DNA from: Azolla caroliniana
Lineage: Eukaryota > Plantae > Polypodiophyta
Direction: 5' to 3'
Assembly: GCA_043228905.1 (NCBI GenBank)
Contig: JBHGNT010000005.1
Location: 8,556,001-8,620,000, forward strand
Length of the DNA: 64,000 nt
Part shown: positions 60,920-64,000 of the stretch, piece by piece
Layout: each line of letters starts with the position of its first letter
Position numbering within the stretch: position 1 is the first letter of the stretch
Made by a program: the position numbers and the translations under genes
The notes under the pieces: model-generated
Database searches by the model: none
Seen by the model: only the letters and a program-made list of their open reading frames with translations
What the model was told of the DNA's origin: nothing

Positions 60920-63598
60920 ATGGAACCACAAACGCTGTCGGAAGCGGCCAGGAAATGGTTCAGGCAAAACGGACTGGAGGGGTTCTTGGCCATCATGGAG
61001 GCACCGCCGCACAGAGAAGCCGACCGGGTCATCAAGGAGCTCGCCACAGAGGTCATCACCGAGGAAGCGATCCGCGCGCTAACAGGCCTTCCGGAGGGAG
61101 GAATCTTTCAGATCGATAACCCAACCTCGGAGCAACTCACCCGATATTTCGGTGAGTACTCTGTTGCCGGCAAAGGCTATCGGACGCAGGGCGGCGAAGA
61201 TCCGCTATTCAGGGAGATAGCTCGAGTGCTCCATGAGTACGGTCACGTGTACCCCCGACCCCCTGTCATGCCAAAAAATCGGGCAGGGATGATCATAGCC
61301 ACCTATGAAGGGGTCAAGGTGGACTGGCCGGTGTTGATTGCAGACGGGTTGTGCATGGCAATCAACATGGTACGAGGGAAGGACGGCAAGGAGGGCCGGA
61401 AGCTGTGGCACGCCGTAGCTCAATGGATTACATTGCTCGTGCCGCCGGTCGAGACCGTCCAGCCAAAGAAGCGGCCAAGAGTATCGGAAGGAAGCACCTC
61501 GAAGCCGGCGTCCAAACGTCAGCAGCTGCTGGCGTCGAGGGCGACGAAAGGGAAGAAACGGGTCCCAGAACCGGAGGAGGTGTCACCGGTCCGACCCGTC
61601 AAAATAACCTTACGGAGACCGGGACAGAAGGAACCGGAACCCTTGACGGCACAGAAACATGCCGTGACACAGGAGGAGGAAACGGAGGAGCCAGAAGAGC
61701 ACCTCCAACGACGGTCAAGAAGTAGGACCGCCGAGACAGGAGGGGAGCGGTCGTACCCGCGAGAGGCAGAAACGCCCCCAACTCAACCTGAGCAAACCAC
61801 AAGGGAAGAACCGGAACCGGTGCGTAGGGAACCGGTCTTGTCGACTTCTATAGAAGAAGTCAGTCCAACGGCTCCGGAGACGGCGAGAACCGGAACTCAA
61901 CAGCCGGCGAGCCCAGACAGAGCACACGGCGGCCAAGGAGTAGAACCAGAACGGCATATGCAGGCACTCAGGCCAGACAAGTCCACAATGAATGAGCCGA
62001 CCCGACCAGTACAGCAACAAGGCACCAGTAGCATGTGGCTACGGTGGGTAGGCGAGCAAATCGCCGGAGTGGTCGAGTATATAGAGGCGGAAGAGAGAGC
62101 GCACCAGGAACGGTTGCTCGTCACAACCGTAGATCTAGAGACGGCCCGGTCCAGAATCCGGAGCCTTGAACAAGACTTGGACAGGGTCACAAGGGAAACA
62201 CAAGTCCAAGCACCGGTGACTCCGGGCAATGTACAGAATAAAGTGTCAGAGCAACCTGTACATAGCAATCAGACCCCGGCAACGGAAACCGTTCCGGAGA
62301 AAAATGCGGCACAAGCCCAAGAGCTTGCGGATTTAAAGGATGAGCTTGCTGCCCAAGAAGCGCTGAGGAGCCGCGAAAGAGAACTGAAGACGGTAGCGGA
62401 GGCAGAACTCAAAAAGACTGCTGAGAATCTACGCCGGGCCGAGGAGAGCTTACGGAAAGGCCACCAAGCGTACGACCGGCTCAAGGAGGAGAAGGAGAAA
62501 ATGCTGCAAGAGAAGGAGAAACTCCGGAGGAACGCCGAAACAGAAGTAGAGCGCCTGAAAGAGGAACTCCGGCAGGTAAAGGACCGGGAGGACCGGAACC
62601 ATCGCCAGATCAACGGCAAGCTCAAACTAAAAACAGAGGAATTTGAGAACTTGCACCGGGAGTATAAACGGTTGCAAACGGAGCACAAGGAACGGATGGA
62701 TGAGCTCCGGCAAGCAGTTGATCGGACCGCAACCGCATTCGCCAAGGAACAAGCGGAAAACAGAAGACGGTTGGAAGAGGCGGAGAAGGTTCGGACAGAG
62801 CTCCTCAGGCAACAGCAGGCGGAAAAAGAAAGAGCGGCGGAGGTACTGCAGAGGCTGCAAACGACATATCAAGGGCAGCTGACGCGCTACCGAGAGCAGG
62901 CGGAGGATACGTCAAATCTCATCAAGCAGTTGAAGGAGGAGCGACAAGTGGTGGAAAGCAGAGCACAAATGGGAGCAAGTCGCATCCAGGATATCATGCG
63001 GGCCTGGTTGAACCAGACCAAGAGCTTGATTGACAACGGCTCCGTCAAATGGTGGACCAAGTGGGCCACGAACGCGGCGGAACTCCAGTTGCTCCGGGCT
63101 GACGTAGAGAACCGGCGGAAGGAGGGAGAGGATTGCTATATGCTGACTTCCGAAGACTTCACCGGCATAAGAGATGAGCTTGCCGAAGACTTTCAAGCCT
63201 TGGCAGAGGACCAACTAGAGCAAGTCCGGCAACTTGTAGCTCAGCTGGACGACGACAGGCTGGAGGCGCAGATCCAGTTTGAACGCTACGAGAGGTCCCG
63301 GATCCGGGGAGAGAAAGAACGAGAACCAGTTACGGTCAACCTCAGTGATGAGGAACCGTTACTGGAAGGAGACCGGACCGGAAGCAGTCAAACGGAGATG
63401 CCGGAGCCAGAGAGGCAAACGGAGCAGCCGGAGTCAGCGAAACAAATGGAGCAGCAGCAGCAAGCAGAGCAGCCGGAGCAGCCTCAGTCCCAACCGCAAC
63501 CACAGCAGCAGCAGCAAGCACAGCCGCAACAACCACAACCGGAAGAACAAGTGGAAATTCTTGAACAAAGTAATTTGGACAATTTGGGTGAACAATGA
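60920..63598 (+). CDS. Extra ORF (ORF2) of H, about 892 aa: conserved N-terminal domain, Pro/Glu-rich linker, long coiled coil, Gln-rich tail
   Basis: The frame is open from 60620. ATG 60920 (MEPQTLSE) is chosen because it aligns with the start of E ORF2 and follows a splice-acceptor-like CAG. Confidence 0.88.
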   Translation: MEPQTLSEAARKWFRQNGLEGFLAIMEAPPHREADRVIKELATEVITEEAIRALTGLPEGGIFQIDNPTSEQLTRYFGEYSVAGKGYRTQGGEDPLFREIARVLHEYGHVYPRPPVMPKNRAGMIIATYEGVKVDWPVLIADGLCMAINMVRGKDGKEGRKLWHAVAQWITLLVPPVETVQPKKRPRVSEGSTSKPASKRQQLLASRATKGKKRVPEPEEVSPVRPVKITLRRPGQKEPEPLTAQKHAVTQEEETEEPEEHLQRRSRSRTAETGGERSYPREAETPPTQPEQTTREEPEPVRREPVLSTSIEEVSPTAPETARTGTQQPASPDRAHGGQGVEPERHMQALRPDKSTMNEPTRPVQQQGTSSMWLRWVGEQIAGVVEYIEAEERAHQERLLVTTVDLETARSRIRSLEQDLDRVTRETQVQAPVTPGNVQNKVSEQPVHSNQTPATETVPEKNAAQAQELADLKDELAAQEALRSRERELKTVAEAELKKTAENLRRAEESLRKGHQAYDRLKEEKEKMLQEKEKLRRNAETEVERLKEELRQVKDREDRNHRQINGKLKLKTEEFENLHREYKRLQTEHKERMDELRQAVDRTATAFAKEQAENRRRLEEAEKVRTELLRQQQAEKERAAEVLQRLQTTYQGQLTRYREQAEDTSNLIKQLKEERQVVESRAQMGASRIQDIMRAWLNQTKSLIDNGSVKWWTKWATNAAELQLLRADVENRRKEGEDCYMLTSEDFTGIRDELAEDFQALAEDQLEQVRQLVAQLDDDRLEAQIQFERYERSRIRGEKEREPVTVNLSDEEPLLEGDRTGSSQTEMPEPERQTEQPESAKQMEQQQQAEQPEQPQSQPQPQQQQQAQPQQPQPEEQVEILEQSNLDNLGEQ

Positions 63599-63610
63599 AG
63601 GGGCCGAGAA

Positions 63611-63648
63611 GGGTTCGACGTACAAGGTACTGTCCCACGGGCGTGCCA
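63611..63648 (+). other. tRNA 3'-end-like sequence at the position of the PPT (reads as a PBS on the minus strand)
   Basis: GGGTTCGA-cgtacaaggtact-GTCCCACGGGCGTGCCA-tg-LTR. Its reverse complement begins TGGCACGCCCG, identical to the first 11 nt of the PBS of element E. Confidence 0.75.
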
Positions 63649-64000
63649 TGTGTTACCGGCCGGCAAGGAGTCCAAAATACGGAGTGAAGGAATTAATTAG
63701 ATATGGTTGTATATGAGCATAGTGTGGACGGACGGACTGGAAACGGTATGCCGTTCCAGATCCGGACGGATCCCGAATAGGTGCGAGAGGCACCGTTTTG
63801 TACTACGGGCCGGAAACCTATTTAAAGGCCCGGACCCTATTGTAATGACAGCGGATAATTAATAGAGATTATGATGTTTATACTTCTGTCTTGATTTCCG
63901 TTCTGTAATCACTGTTATATCTTACGCGTGTAATTAACCAAAGCAATCTAATCGTGTAACCTACGTAAGTCGGTGTAATCGTTGAATCTTAATCCTATGC

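Larger units (their letters stand above)
54255..64000 (+). mobile_element. Intact Ty3/gypsy element H (non-chromoviral, no second RNase H seen; Athila/Tat-superclade-like)
   Basis: 5' LTR 54255-54674 (tgtta...taaca). 3' LTR from 63651 runs off the window; one mismatch seen in 350 bp. Two uninterrupted ORFs. Confidence 0.97.

Noticed and set aside
60620-63598. Calling ORF2 an env gene
   Set aside because: The position fits, but no signal peptide or clear transmembrane helix is visible, and the sequence is hydrophilic and coiled-coil-like.
63591-63613. gaacaatgaaggggccgagaaggg as the canonical PPT of H
   Set aside because: It is interrupted by pyrimidines and ends 37 nt from the LTR. Kept only as an alternative hypothesis.
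63611-63648. Genuine tRNA gene
   Set aside because: Only the T-arm and acceptor 3' side are present, with encoded CCA; there is no D arm or anticodon arm.
23800-64000. Numerous short antisense and alternate-frame ORFs in the track
   Set aside because: Shadows of GC-rich retroelement coding sequence with no independent motifs.

Overview
Eukaryotic nuclear DNA from a seed-free vascular plant, most likely a fern (inferred from a DYW:KP-type PPR gene and the retroelement types). Positions 1-22 kb are AT-rich and microsatellite-rich and hold three minus-strand host genes whose exons could be assembled by hand: a 962-aa PLS-class PPR protein with a DYW:KP domain (candidate U-to-C RNA editing factor), a 4-exon class III peroxidase and a 4-exon RanBP1. 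From about 23.5 kb to the end is one continuous stack of nine LTR retrotransposons nested up to six deep: seven Ty1/copia (labelled A, B, C, D, F, G, I here) and two related non-chromoviral Ty3/gypsy elements (E, decayed; H, intact, with near-identical LTRs). Both gypsy elements carry a conserved extra ORF after pol. The most unusual signal is in H: where the polypurine tract should abut the 3' LTR there is instead a sense-strand copy of a tRNA-Arg-like 3' end (GGGTTCGA...GTCCCACGGGCGTGCCA, 2 nt from the LTR). This suggests both cDNA strands may be tRNA-primed. All coordinates and alignments were done by eye, and tRNA and family assignments are from memory, not from searches.
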